A stretch of DNA of 64,000 nucleotides from Zancudomyces culisetae HAW-14-8. Taxonomy: Eukaryota > Fungi > Kickxellomycota. A model generated the notes under the pieces. The model was not told the DNA's origin, did no database searches, and was given only the letters and a program-made list of their open reading frames with translations. Position numbers and translations under genes: made by a program. Positions 1 through 14,814 of this stretch are shown piece after piece. The DNA lies in NCBI GenBank assembly GCA_052426225.1, contig JBNJNM010000021.1, positions 744,001-808,000 on the forward strand. Direction: 5' to 3'. Each line of letters opens with the position of its first letter. The stretch's first letter is position 1.

Positions 1-450
1 TCATTTTTAAACTAAACTTAGTTTTATTACATTACCAATATGGGAACCGTTTAAATATAATCAACTAGTCTCGAATAAGGTTTGAATATTATACAAAATT
101 CTGGTACTTATAGGACAGATTCCTCGTCCTCCTTCCTCCTCCCTCCCCCCACCTTTCTCTGCAGTATATTCAAAGATTTTGAAATTAAGCTACAGAGATT
201 ACGTATTTAACAGTAAGGTAATGAAAACATAAAGATTCTAAAATGATGTGAAAGTCTACGCATATATGAAGAAGAAATTACCTCTCCCCTCACCTCACCA
301 TACCTCACCTCACCTGTCCTCTTCCGCCCAAAAGCTACCCCAACCACACATAAATAGTGGAAAAATATACTTGAATAAAAATAAGTGCAGTACAGGATAT
401 ACCAGAGACAAGAAAAATCAGGGAGGGGAGGGGGGAGGGGGGAAGAGAGT

Positions 451-3400
451 TTAACATTCAGAAGATTCCTTACTATTAGTATCCACAGTTTTAGACAAAG
501 GATCCTCGATACCACTAGTATCTACAGCAGGCTGATGTTTCAATTCCGGATTTGCTGGCGTTGAAGTAGTAGGGGTCGTGGATGCAGGTTCATCAAGAGG
601 AGAAACGGGCGTGACTTCGGTAGTACTTGTGGGAAACAAAAGTTTAACTGCAGAAGCAGCAAGAAGGGTGTATGGATCATTCTCAACTTCAGCAATCGTC
701 ATATCTGTAGACATTGAGCCCTCATCCCGATTAGCAGTCATAAATCTTGCGACCTGATTCTGGAAATCGATAACAGATTCTAACCACTGCCGAGTTGAAA
801 GACCAGAATTTTTGATAGCATGGGCAACTTCTTTTATATGTCGTCTATATTTTCAAATATCATAGATTTTTTTTTTAAAAAAAAAATAACAATAATAATA
901 GATGAAAAATAAAATCCCATTTACACCCTCCTCTCTCCCCCCCAAAAAAAAGTACTTTGTTGAAATTTAAATGTAGATAGCAAGAATAAATTACACTTAC
1001 CTGTTGGAAATGTCATGAATAAATCGATCCTGAATATGGCTTATTGGAATCCGAAAGCGTTTTTGAGGATCTAAAAACTCATAGTCAAAAGTAAGATCGT
1101 CCACCAGTTCGATATTTCCATTATTGGCAACATTTGGAGAAAAGTTCGAGAGATCGACAAAATGTTGCTTTACAAAACACCGGCTTAACGAGTTCTTACT
1201 ATCCCCATGATTAGGACATTTCCATCTGAGGTCAGGAGGTGGCATCAGACTTAACATTGGCTTCAAGCAGTCCCAATGCCAGGACAAATCACAGTAATCG
1301 CAACTTATAATTTTTCCGTGTAGTGCCGATTTTTTGCACGCATAGCAAAATATAAAACGACCATATCTATCTACAAGTGCATCTGGATTCCGTATTATGT
1401 TAACTCCTTCCTCGTCTTCCGGATATTCGTCACAATACGAATCTTTTAGCACCTCTATGCTTCTACGAATCTCTTCGGGAACAGTAAACGTCTTTGGATT
1501 TTTGCCATCTAAAGAAACGAGTAGTGGCTTTAAAAGAGACTCACTTTCTCCTACATCAACCGGCTTTACTCCAAGTCTTTTATACTGACATTCTTTACAA
1601 AACCAATAATCCAAGCTTTTCGCTCGTTCCTCATCCAATGGTGGTTCAGCGCATAAAAAGTGAAAAACTTTTGGACACGCATCGCAACATATAAACCTTC
1701 CTGACTGCTTACATGAAGTGCAAGCATCGTTGCTCTTGCCTTTATACAAGTACTTTTCAAAATCTCTTTTTGTAGGTTGTGCTTTTTGCCTATCATATAC
1801 ATAAACATTAGTTTGTTTGTTTTTTTTTCAAAATAAATACAAATAAAATCAAAACGCAACGGAATGGAACACCAGCTCGAGATTAAATATTATAATATTC
1901 AGCTATTACATTTGGCCTGACATGCGTTTTACCGACATTGGAATTGTTTTGCTGCTTGCTCCGAATTTTCGTGTCTTTGGTCTGTTTCCGGGGAATAGTG
2001 GCCCATTAGTATTTATAGTAGGATTTAATGACTCCCTACCACTATCTCTTTTGCTTTCGTATATATGTTGCTTTTTTCGCGAACTGTTTTCCACAAATAC
2101 TATTGGCTCCAAAGATTGTCTTTTCAGGCCCTTGTGTCTAACAGAAAAAAATTTTCTTTTGTGTTAGCCTCTATCTTTTTTAGATATAGTACACACACAT
2201 TCATATATAGTTACATAACAACTTACTCTAAAGTTATACCAGTACTCTTAGGAGTAGAATTCGTACTACTCCCCTTGTAGAACTCAGTCAAATAGGTAGA
2301 TTTTTTGGGTACCAGAGATACAAATGGTGTAGTAAAGGTAGATGATTGTGTAGTATCGCTAATCTGGTCGGTAGGTTGAATATTGCTAGTATTAAGTTGT
2401 TCCGATAACACGGGTTCGTCTGTATTTGATTCCATCGTTTCGCCTGTTGACAGTTCGGCACTAGTAGCAAGTGGAATCTCTGATTCAAAAGCGTTGTTGG
2501 TGTGAACATCAGTAACATTGGAATTTTCCACAATAGAATTTGTATCAAAATCATCTGTCTTAGCGTTGCTGATGGTCTCATCTTCAGTACTTGTATTTAC
2601 AACAGATGTGTTATTATTTTTTATTAGATCTTTACTGTCCTCTGTTTTTGATATCGCTAGTTCAATACTATGCTGCGTGCTATCCAGATTGTGATCTTCA
2701 GCGTTGTTGGATGATTCGGGTCCCTTTTTGCATTCTTGTAGCTTCGAAGATAGGTCATCGGAATCTGGTTTATTAAAACCATTGTTTAAATTTGGGTCCA
2801 TGTCATCATTTCTTGTCAAATCTTCATTTTTAATCGTATCGGCGTTTTCATCATCGTTTTTCGTGATAGATTCTCGATTTCCATCTGTTATACATTGCAC
2901 ATCATATTTCACATCAGCCTGAAAATCATCTGTGGGCTTGTTTTCCTTGAAAACTTCTCCACAAGATTCAGCCTCGTCTTCAGAACTACTAATTACAATT
3001 GGGGTAGGCTCAATGTTCCTTGCATCAACAATGTGTATTTCGAATTCTAATGACACGCCCAAATAGTAGGGTATCAACATCTTTTTGAGTTGATCCTTAA
3101 AAGATTCTATATCATCATATTTGTCCCCTGTGTCTATAACCACTGGTCCAAATCCAGTTTTAATAATCGTCTCCTGCCCCGCACATGATTTTGTTATAGC
3201 CACCCAGAATATCTGGGAATTATCGATGTCAACTGGTTCGTGTATATTATAGACGCTAGATAGATAGGTCTTCAACGATGACATTCCAATTCTAGCCTCA
3301 CCAAACATCTTGCTGGGTGGATGAGAGAATCGTTCAAGAAGCTTAGAAGATATTATACCTTTGCTTTGATATCGATACGGATAATACTCGGGCCTTGAAT

Positions 3401-3497
3401 TTACTTCTTCTTGCCAATTCGCCTGAAACTTCTCGTTTACCATACTCCCTTTTTCTTCCAATGTTGGCGGTTCAATGTAATGAGGGCTTTCCTTCAT
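451..3497 (-). CDS. Double PHD-finger chromatin protein (Rco1/Cph1-like, Rpd3S subunit-like), 4 exons
   Basis: Exons 3497-2227, 2137-1910, 1789-1001 and 844-451 join in frame through GT-AG introns. There are two Cys4-His-Cys3 PHD fingers (NDACTSC...CDACPKVFHFLCAEPPL...WFCKEC; FCYAC...CDYCDLSWHWDCL...WKCPNH) with the NPKTF linker typical of Rco1-type proteins. Confidence 0.8.
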
Positions 3498-6400
3498 TTT
3501 ATGGAATATTGTATTTAAGCTTCTAATTTTGAAATGTGTCCATTTGGAAGCCTTATATTTTATGGATAATCAATAAGCTTTTGAAATTTTAAGAAGGGGA
3601 TTGCTAAATTAATTATTTGTTTATTTAATTTACTCTGCTCAATCAAAAAAAAAATTTTATTTGTTTTAGTTTGAGAATTGGTGTTCAGGTTGTAAGCTTT
3701 TGAAACCTTGCGATTTATATATACATACAAGTGGATGTGCCATCATAACAAGGTAAAATAAAGAATAGCACCAAAACTAAAGCAAATTGGTGTTGATAAA
3801 TGATAAAAGCAGAAAACCTACTAGAGTTTCACCAAACTTGAGTGCAGATGCACAATATATCTGGCAGACTACTTTCTTGTTGGGTTTTTAGCGAAAATAA
3901 AAAAACCAATATGAAGGTATTATTGATTTTTTAATAATAGATATACCATAAGCCATGATAGCATAGTCAACTAGATTGCTCCTGGTTAGTGTTCCAATTA
4001 GTGCTATTTCGATTAAATATTGTACGCTCTTTTTATTCTTTTTAGGTGAATAAAAAAGTTTTTATGAATAGCTTGGTTTTTGTATATTATTAGTTCGAAA
4101 TAGAGTTCAACGCGTCTACCTAGGTTTTTTTGCATAAATCCTTCTCCACCATAAATATACAAAATAGGCCTAAACCCGTACTATACATGCAAAAAAAAAA
4201 GCAAATTTTAGTGTGTGTCTACAAGAAAACCCTGGTAATGATTCTGTAGATAAAAAAGGTTTAGATGTATTACAATAGATCAAGCTGGATACGATCCTCA
4301 TTAATACTGTTAACTTTTCGCTTGATTCGAGGTTTTTTTTTGTATAATTTGTGCGCAAACATCAGTACCTTAAGCCATTTCCAGTAATAAAAAAAAGTTC
4401 AAATCTAGAAATAGAATACTCAGGGATAGCTAGCAGTATTTAGTTGATATATGCTGGTTTCTTTACTAATACTATCGCATGTATCGCGTAGCTTGGTATA
4501 AATAGCTACAATTTAAGTACTATCTGCTGCTTGTATGTGTAGATGAGTTGTTACGTTTTATAGTGCGAACGACACAGTTCACTTGAGGATTAAACTGTTT
4601 GCTAATAAAGGTAAACCATTAACCACTAACCTTACCCTATGCTCTGTAACCATTACTTTAAACATATCTAATTGGTACAAAAGACGACACACACAACTCA
4701 CAAACTCTGCCAAGTTTTACTTGATTAACTTACCAATGGTGTGTAGTATAGGGTTATTGTAACATTTTTTGTACACCAAGTTCAAAGTATAGAGTGGTAA
4801 ATAAGCGATGTTTAGAAACGGGCTGCGAAGGGTTTCAAAGCTTGTACTCGTTCTTTTTTTTTGTTTTTGTAAAGGGGATAGCATCGTTATTGATGAACAT
4901 TTGGATGAAATTGGCCAAAAAATTTTTTTTTGCTTTCTTGGGTCTTATTTTTATTTAATCTAGTACTTCGGCTTAGAGAAACAAGCCGATTACCTAATGG
5001 GTGAATTTTGTTGTTGTAATTGGGATCATTTTATTTTGGAATAAATTTAACTGTTTAGTTGTAATACTTGTATTTTACCAGGCTTTTTGCATATATTTTT
5101 AGAAGAATTACGAATGAAGCTAGTTCGGTTATATAATAAAAAAAAGCAATCTGCCCCTCAACTTGACAATATTGTGTGCACATCATTGGCTATTGATACT
5201 TAGTTTATACATCTTTCAAATTCATGGACACCAAAAACGATGATAGTTACAACTTCAAAAAGCTATACATCGGTGGACGCGAAAAACTACATTCAAGTTC
5301 CGCAAAGTGTTTTTGGTGTTTTTGGTGTTTTTTTTTCTGTTTTTTTTTCGTTCTGAGCATTTAAATGGAATTAGCATTTGGGTCTTTTTTATCAAAGAGA
5401 ATACATGGTTGAGTTAAGAAAACACCTCGATCTCTTTTAGTGGAGGGGGGGGTGAGAGAGAAGGTCACATTGTTGATAGAGATATACAGAGGTTATGGAT
5501 TTATTAGAATTTTATACTTTTATAATGGAATGCATACAATTTGTGAACATTTTTAAAGTACACGTCAAAATATGCTTTTAAGAAAAAATATTGTATTTAC
5601 TAGTGAAAAACCCATCAAATATTTTCAACAAAATACATCAAAACAAAGACGCTGATTCAAATACATATATAACTACAAACGCGGGTGTGGATGTGGATGT
5701 AGGTGTGGGTACAAACGCAAATTCAAACTCAAATCAAAGTAAAAACGCGTTTCAAAAGGGTCTTATATGGATTACAATAGCTTTTTAAAATATTGGTTTT
5801 TTTGTGCTGATCATAGCGTGTCAATTATTGAGATTTTGGAACTTCAACAATATTTAAATAATTCTACTTGAGCCCTTTTTTTTTTGGCGAGACTTGATAT
5901 TATTTTTAAATCAAAAAAATATAAAACTATTACTTTTGAAAATAAAAATAAAAAACATCTACAGGAAAAAAAAAACAAATTTTTTATTTAGAAAAAATAT
6001 ATATTGTTGTCATTTTGAAATGGATGAACTTTTAAAAAACCAAGGACAAATTTAATCCGGGGTCAGAACCATACCAAATTTTTTATATTTGGCAGGACAC
6101 AGAACACTTTACATACAAAGTTATTTCATTAAATAATAAATACTTTTTTGATCGTTTTATTTCAACTAGCCTATGAGTATGAAGTGTTAGCTAGAATGCA
6201 TATATTTTGTAATCCACTTTGTTTTTATTTGCATCAAGTTAAATATACACTGAGCAATAAAAATGGCTAATATCGTTGCAAATTAAATTTCATAGTAAAC
6301 TGATTTTGCTAATTCAACACGGGAAAAAAACAACGCTATTATAGGGAAAAATTTTCGATATTTATTTGGTCACAAGGAGGATGCTATTGCCAATTAACGA

Positions 6401-7977
6401 GGAATTACGTGTCCAAAAAATATATATAAAATGGTCCATTTTATTTTTCGACTACATACAGTGTCGCTGTTCAAATGTTCATAATAGGTCTTTATTAAAG
6501 AGGTTTATGATGTTATTCAAGCTATCGAAAATATTAGCATGACTCTGTGTGATGCTGATGCTGATGCAACACATAATATGGATTTCAAATGGGGATTTCT
6601 TTGAAACTTCCTCCCAAAAAAAAAATAGTAAGTTGGGGCAGCTGACATGCGATACTACAAAAGACATACTTATCAAAATGGTTGGGGAAATAAAAATAGA
6701 CGAATTGTTTTATTGGATTAGTTAATCAAAACTAACCAAATCATTAATATGTTTTAAAATACAACGCGTGAGTTTTCTAGCCATCAGCATGATAGAAGCA
6801 CCATTAGAATAAACCTTGCCTTATTTCCAAACAAGTAACAGCTAGAGTACCGGTGGAGCTGGAAGTCAAGTTATATTGCTAGAAGTTTAACGTTTTGAAA
6901 ATAAACAGACCCGAAAAAAAGTTATTGAAACAGCTCAAAGTAGGTGCAATTCTGTTTTGTGGATATGGAATGGAATTAGCTATTAGCCTTGAGGAGCTAG
7001 GAAGGTGTTATTCTATTTTCAGATGATTTCTTGTTTCAATTCAATTTGCTATAAATCATGCGAATTGTTGAATATTAACGCTTATAAATTTGGTTCAATA
7101 CATTGGTTTAATTGGAGAGGCTGTGGTGGAATTTCTAACATCACAGTATATCCGTCCTCACCCCGAGAAAAAGTGAGCTGACAAATAGAAAGAGCAAAAA
7201 ATGTGCGTAAAGTTTAATTAGCATCGATAATTCTTCAATTTAGCCAAATTGAAATAAACGATTAGCATCAAGAAAAAAAAGAAAGAAGAAACACTTTGCA
7301 TCAACCATCATTACTTCTTTTATAAATTGAGCCAGGGATTTATCAGGAAGAAAGTCTAGGTCTCTACGCACGCTATTAGCTGAATACTCCTTGTTAAATA
7401 ATCGAGATTTTCTTTAACCATCCAACCGGCGAATAGTCGACAAGAAAAGCATACACACCAAGTTTGTGATCAATAAATAGGATTGTTACGTAATATGTAA
7501 TTACAAAGAAACGTATTTTATAACACGTTAGATGATTAGTTATGTAATGGTTACACTTTTTTCAGTGTACTCACACCTCTTTTGTGAATAATAGTTTGAT
7601 AAGCTTATAAAAAAATGAAACTATAATAAAAATCGCTTCTGAATAAAAAAAAATACTAATGAATGTTGGATTTAGTGATACGTGAGATGCTTCAACGGTT
7701 AAAAGTGCTAAATGGCTAAAGAAATAAGCATATTTAATTTCAAAAGTGTTATTGAACGTATTTTGCAAAACCACATTTAAACATGTCATTTTTCAGACAA
7801 TTATCGTAGCGGCTCTCTTTTTTTTAAATCTCTAATTTAGCAGTTGATAGTTTCATAATTACAAGCTAATATATAAGCAAAGTATTATTTGTTAAATAAA
7901 AGAGCTAGAATTTAACTGGGCATACTGATATATCAGCAACTTATATTTATTATTTTCCAGTTATTGAAGACAACATA

Positions 7978-9207
7978 ATGGAGAATCAAGGAGAACAAAA
8001 GGTTTTTGTTCCTGGGATGGGTGTCGAACAATATTCTGTGCCTGCATACCGAGAAGAATTTAACAGGACAAATGCTGTATGTATTTTCATCTTCGCTTTA
8101 TTATTCTGTCTTTACATTACGACTCTAACAAAGTGTACTAACTGCATTATATTATTATATAGATGTTTGATATGCTCAAATATGGGCCAGCCTCGATAAA
8201 CAACGGTGAGAGAGATCCTAGAAGAGTAAGTTGAAATATAAACTTAATCAACATATACTAGCTTCACCTTTCGTTTTTTTCAAGTTTATATTTGGTGAGA
8301 CTGTGTGAATACAGAGAAGAACAAAAACTAAGTGGTTAATATTTACAACTATAGTCACAAATATTTCAAAAGCCACCACATACACCTTCAGAAAGATATC
8401 AAAATGATTATGTAGACTTCTCTGATCCCTCTGCTCAAAGAGGCCAGTTTGCTTACAGTAAGTATCAAACCCCTTTCTTTGAGTTCATCTCTTTTTTTGT
8501 ATCAACCCTAACCCTAACCCTACTAAAACCATTACTCGACTCTTTCCATAGCCTTACAACCACCTGCACCAATGAATCAGGGAATGTTTGTTCAGCCTAA
8601 CTCTATCTCTTCAGGTGGTGCCAACGTTTTGCAAGACCAACATGTGTACTATCCCGATAACCAACAGCATAGCCATATATTTAATATTGAAAGACAATCA
8701 AATCATATGATGGCTGGTCAATCCTACCAACCAATAGGTTCACATGTATCCTCAATCTCGGTTGCACCATATAAAAGGAAATACAAAAAGCACCCCAAAA
8801 GAGACCCAAATGCACCAGAAAAGTGGAAATCTGCATATCAGCTTTTTAGAGAAGACCTAAACCGAAAACTCGAAAATCAAAAACTTTCCTTTGTGAGTCT
8901 TTCCAAAATACATAGCGAACAGTGGTCTAAACTAGACAGCACAAAAAAAAAATACTACGACGACTTGGCAAAAAATGCCAAAGAGGATTACGAAAAAAAG
9001 ATGGCTGTATACAAACAATCTAAGCAGTTCAAAGAATATCAGGAGTATCTCAACCAATTTTACCTGCAAGAGGACACTGTAGGCAGAGTTGGAAGGCCAA
9101 AAGGAAAGAAGGCCGCAAATAATGTAATGTTAAACCAGGAAAAAAATCGCTATGCAAACCAAGTACTTCCCCACAACTTCAACAATTTTTCTAATGTTGA
9201 TCATTAA
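7978..9207 (+). CDS. HMG-box DNA-binding protein (HMG20/HMGB-type) with AT-hook-like motif, 4 coding exons
   Basis: Exons 7978-8076, 8163-8225, 8355-8457 and 8552-9207 splice in frame. HMG box KRKYKKHPKRDPNAPEKWKSAYQLF...W...YEKKMAVYK, followed by RVGRPKGKK. Confidence 0.85.
8504..8522 (+). repeat. Short interstitial (CCCTAA)n telomere-type repeat in intron 3 of the HMG gene
   Basis: AACCCTAACCCTAACCCTA read directly. Confidence 0.7.
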
Positions 9208-12200
9208 TCCCCCCCATTCATGCTCTCACCATCTTATTACTTGTTATTTGAGCTGTAATATACTTATTTCCGACTTGAATTTTGTCGGGTGGAATTCTGA
9301 TTTTGACCACTTTTTTTCCTGTATAACTTAACATATAACATCGCTACATGCCGTGTACGTTATAGCCACTTTTGGCATTCAGTATCTTTAGCCCTCTTTG
9401 TTGGCTTATTTCTTTTTTTTGGTATCTCATTGTCATTTTTTTTCTTGATACAAATACATTTCTATAGCACATCCATCTTAAATCATGTGCTGCACCATTG
9501 TACACATGTTTTATTGATTCAGAAAATGTTGATTTTTACTCTCAAAAAGTACTGAAAAGAGGGTCTGCTATGTGGTTGATAAAAAATAACACTTCTTGTA
9601 TTTAGGCTTCAGTGTTAGTACCTGATATCCATCCAATGAGTTTTGTCATCTTTACTGGGAAAAAAAGTGAAAAGAAAAAATAAACAATAGCATTCTATGC
9701 TCACTTTCCATACATTTTTTCATCATTTGCTTTTATCGCTGCCGTTTTCATTACAAAAGGTAAATATTTGGCATCTCGTACTAAAACTTTTTGGTACCAT
9801 TTAATTTCTTTAAACCATTCAGAAAAACGCTTTTTGGCACTCGTTTTCTGTTTTCTGTTTTGTTTTTTTGTTTTTCATCTTTACGTAGAATTGGATAATT
9901 TAATGTCAAACATTCTCGCGACTAGTGAAGCTCCTGACTCACCTTTAACATCCAACATCCTCAAAAACTATCTAGCCTCCCGTGATTGGCTTTCCTTATT
10001 CCACTATGCTGAAAAGATGAATTTGCCTTATTTGAAAAACAATGTCAATCATCTGACTCTAATGGTCTTATATCCACTTTTTTCTGATTTTGGGTATCTA
10101 AACAACATTGTAAGTGTTTTTTATGTAATTCCAATTGCTAGATTTACTACACTATGTTGAAGCGAATTACGTCAATTTCAAACCCTCGCTAGCCTGCGAA
10201 TAATAATATTTTGTTATTGGATTTGTGCCCTGGAAGTTTTGAAGTATCTTTATCGTTATCGTTCTAAAATGTGCGTTTTCTAGCTATCGCTTTTTTAATT
10301 GGTGCATAGTGCTTCTCTACTAATTTGGTTGTAGAATATAGGTTACCAAATATCACAATATTACACCTTTATATTCATATCTGAACACCGGAAACATGTT
10401 ACAAAAACCGATGGTTAAATTAGGAACTTTGCAAATTATCAATTAATTTTTACAATAGTACGTTTTTGCCACCCAATCCGCAGCATTTCTTCATAATCTA
10501 TATTCTTCAGTTGGATTTGGGGCATTTTCCCTATATAAAAAAACCTCAGGGTTAAACTCCATCCTACAAAGTTGATTTTCAGAAACAAAGGCACACACAT
10601 TTCTATAAAATCGCTCAGTTGTTCTAGATGCAAGATGTATTATGAATCCAACTAGATGAATATCAAGTTACAGAGGTCAGCAAAATAAATCGCTGTTTAC
10701 TATCTTGCTTTTTTTTTCCCAACAAAAGAATAAATCCACCTAAATGATAGGACTGAATAACTTGAATTGATTCGCGATATGCGTACTAGCTTATGAACTC
10801 TGACTCTTGCTTTCTACTGAAAATAAATCTTCTTATTTAATACGGCTCAAGCTTGATTGGTATAGAGGACGCGTCTGAAATTATCGTCAATCTACAGCTT
10901 AAGATGATGTCTCCCTGCTATTTGTACCCAACTGGAACCCACATGAAACTTTTATTAAAAGCTCTAGTACAGGACGTAAGACGAGCATTCTACTGGTTAA
11001 CTTATTTTACGTTTAAGACTGATAAACATCAAAATTCAAGCTTAGATTTCCTTGTATTTGCACTACTTTTAGTTTGCAGGGAACAAGACTAGTTCCAAAG
11101 AAAAAGTATTAAGAAAAGGGGCTGAAGTGCGCTTTTCTGTGAACCCCAACACTAAATTTGGGCTCTACCTTATTCGCACACAATTTTCTTTATATCTTAT
11201 TAAATTCTTAACTCTTTTTCACAAAGATACTCAAAATGATCAACAACCATGAGAGAAAAATGATTAAACCTAGCATACACAAGTCATGAGAAAAACAATG
11301 ATGATGGAATAACAAAAAAAACACTCGCTATTTACCGAAATTGGTGTATTTTACAAAGCCAACTATCTAATTAATGCAAATTTGCTACGAGTTATCGTGT
11401 GTGTTCAGTCTTACAAATAAGGGTTAATTCTTCAGAAAATCATGCAATCTATCCAGCCCATATTCCACAGACCATATCGCTTTTCTCCCACCCCTCCAAA
11501 CCCGAATTTCCATCAAAAAAGAATGCTCAAATAAATTGTGTATATGGCAGAACACGTAGTAAATAGAGAAAATATTGAAATGAACCAACAAACAGCTTAT
11601 AAGCCTCACTACCTTTTTGTCTTGAATGTGATTTTTGTTGTTTAACTTTCTTAAAATTGATAGAATGTAATCTCCAAGAAAATACTAAGTTCCAAAAAAT
11701 ATATACAATTCCATAATCCATGAGAAAGAAAATACTTGGCTTTTTTTTGACAACAAACTTGCAGCTGATGTACCTTTTAATCTTTAATAGTGATCCGTTT
11801 TTTTTCTATTTCTTTATTTTTTGCAGTTATTTGGAAAGCGGTCCTAAGAGAAAAGAAACATTATAGCTAGGGATGGTGTAGGAATTAACGAAAATATCCG
11901 GTATAGTAGATATCTTTCAATATAGGATGTATTCACACGAAGATATCTCGATTACACCATTCATAGGTTCTCTTAGATCGAGAACATCCGCCTCTTCATC
12001 TAAACGCTTGTAATGCATGGTTATGCGATAATAACATCTAAAAAACGTGAATTTGTCGTTCTCCATCATGGTACACACTGTTAAACGCTTCAAACCCAAG
12101 AAAAAAGTTTGTCTGACTTTTAACTTTGTACGTATGCAACACACAGATATTTCTCTCTTTTTCATCTCAGATTGTCGCATTGTGTTTTTTTCTTGAGCAT

Positions 12201-13518
12201 TTATTTTTGACACAGTTATATAGGCCAACTTTCTCTAGAATCGTCACTAGAAAATTACAATATTATTAATTACGATTAAAAGGTTTTCTGTACGATACAT
12301 ATACCCAAAGGAGTTACTGCTAATAGGGGAGACACCTATCCAGTATTGGCTATCTAATGAGTTTATTTACCAAAAAGAAAGTGAGTATTAGTATTTCAGT
12401 AGTTCATAAAGCCTACGAATAATTGTAATAGTATTTTCAATCCTTGCCATGTAAGTTTTCCACAGAGCTTGGAGTAGACCCTCTGTCTTGTACACAGGTT
12501 AACAACTTTTATGTAATAAATATAGACTCTACTACCTAGACTTTCATTTTTGAGTACACAAAGTTCAGTATACAGCTAAGAGGAGGTATATTTACATTTC
12601 AAAAATCCATTCAAGCTTTGACTAAAATAGTTCAACGTACAGCCTCTTGAGAATATTATTACCAGGAAAAAATAGAGAAGATCATTCTGCAGGTTGTCAC
12701 TTTTGGTTGTTCAAACAAAATCGAGCAGATAAAGACAAATATCAATACAGCAAATGGAATATACCTTTTTTTGGTCGAAATGATATAATAATTTTAAAGC
12801 TTATAGCACGTAGGGCATACTACCCACATGCTATCTAACCTGGTTATAAGATATACTTGTCTATTTTTGGTACAATTACCCCCCCAATAGTATCTTCATT
12901 TTTTTTCCAAAGATTGAGAAAATATAATATAGAAAGTAGCCTCTTCAACAAAACAAGTAGAGTTTATCAATCGGTTCTGTGCCTGGAACTATATTTTGAG
13001 CAAAAAAAAACTACACATCTAACCTTCTACGCACCACACATGTGCATGTGTGTAAAAAATAGTGAAGGTGTCAAGTTGAACATGTTTTGCTCTATTTTAT
13101 CAATCGGTACGGTACACCATGAGAAAAGCGAAATACGCAAATCCAGATGCGTGTAATTATTGCTTATTGAAAATTGTGGTAAAGACGCACGGCCAGCGTG
13201 TCTTTTTTTGTGAAACCAGTCGCTCCAAATGTTCAATATATTTTTATACAGTATTAAGACAGTCCTTATATGTCTTTTTCTCCATCTATTAATATCAGTT
13301 CCAATTTTTTGCATTAAGATTTATTGGGCTTTTTCTTGGATATATTTCAAAAAAAAAAATTCAACCCAAATTATGACAGCTGAAAATTTTTTAAAGCGAT
13401 TATGGTTACTGAACTCTACAAGCATTGTTCAGCCAAAGCAATTTTTATGGGAACGAGAAATAAACTTCAAATATAAATATACATATTCGTATTTTTGGTA
13501 TACCTTCAAAGTCATAAA

Positions 13519-14814
13519 ATGGCAACCGAACAATCGGCACTCTTATTAAGAAAACAGCTACTAGGTAATAATTTGTGTTTTACCCTAATTTTATATGTTC
13601 AACTTTGGGTTCCTACCATTATCTGCCATTTTTAAACATATCTTAGCATGCAAAATACATAATGGACAGTCACTTTTACTATTTTACATTATTATTATTA
13701 ATACACTGCAATTTCGGTTTTGTAATAAATTTCAGTAACGAAATCAGCAAGCGAGCTGTTTCTATTTAAAGATGAGAACCAAGTATAGATTTAAAAATTA
13801 CGATGGCCCCAACTAATTTATTTGTTTATTAAACCCAAATAGAGCTAACCAAAAATCCGGTCGAGGGGTTTTCTGCAGGCCTAGTAGATGATTCAAACTT
13901 ATACGAGGTATCTTACTTTTAGGCCACCCTTCTACTATTTTTTATAATAAACGCCACCTGTGGCCCATTTTCATACCTACACGAACAAGGAATGGTGGTG
14001 CTCACATAAATTAAACGCATTTTTACGCATAAACTTTAATAGTGGGATATAATGATAATTGGACCACCAGACACAGTATAGTAAGACTTATTTACTAGCT
14101 ATCACTGGCAATCAATTTATAACGGATAGTTTTTGCAACCATCAAGATTCAAATTTTTCATTTCTGTTTCTAACCCATAATAGCGAAGGTGGATTTTTCA
14201 AAGCAAGGATGACTTTCCCCAAAGTAAGAATGTTTAACCATTCTTTAGTTTTTCTTTTAATCTTTTCGTTTCAGAAGAAGGCTTGGATTAGAAATATCTA
14301 AAAATTTTTTTTTGGAAATTTAGGACTATCCGATGATGCCACCAAAACTTCGTTTTGTCTCAGAAATATGGCATCCAAACGTATATCTTGATGGATCTGT
14401 GTGTATATCAATATTGGTAAGTGTATATTGCAAATCTTCCCGCGGTTAATCCGCAAGAACAATTAGTTAAAAATTACAATCCGCGGCCTATAGCACCCTC
14501 CAGGCGACGATCAGTATGGATATGAACACGCGAGCGAACGATGGTCTCCAGTCCAGTCGGTAGAAACAATAATGATAAGCGTCATTTCGATGTTATCTGG
14601 CCCAAATGACGAGTCACCTGCGAATATTGAGGCAGCAGTAAGAATGCATTCAATTCAGTATCTCTTTATTTCCTCATACTACGAATATTGACACTAATGT
14701 TTCAATCATTTTATTTTAACATTCTATTTGTCAAAGAAACAATGGCGAGAGAAATATCCAGAGTTTAAAAAAAGGGTACAGCGATGTGTCCGTCGCTCAC
14801 TAGAGGATTTGTAG
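13519..14814 (+). CDS. UBC7: Ubiquitin-conjugating enzyme E2, UBE2G/Ubc7 class, 7 exons
   Basis: Exons 13519-13564, 13843-13907, 14043-14080, 14184-14223, 14324-14416, 14494-14637 and 14737-14814 give [32 protein letters not shown]...[27 protein letters not shown]...[34 protein letters not shown]. This includes the catalytic Cys and the acidic loop of the Ubc7/UBE2G class. Almost absent from the ORF track. Confidence 0.93.

Noticed and set aside
8309-8320. U6-like ATACAGAGAAGA in HMG intron 2
   Set aside because: A purine-rich 12-mer with no flanking U6 sequence; compatible with chance.
7978-9207. HMG gene in long intergenic flanks as a sexM/sexP mating-type locus
   Set aside because: The box is HMG20/HMGB-like (KHPK.DPNAPEK..SAY), not MATA_HMG type, and no triose-phosphate transporter or RNA helicase neighbours are present.
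13908-14042. UBC7 intron 2 as a U12-type intron (GTATCTTA donor)
   Set aside because: The donor deviates from GTATCCTT and no TCCTTAAC branch site is near the acceptor.
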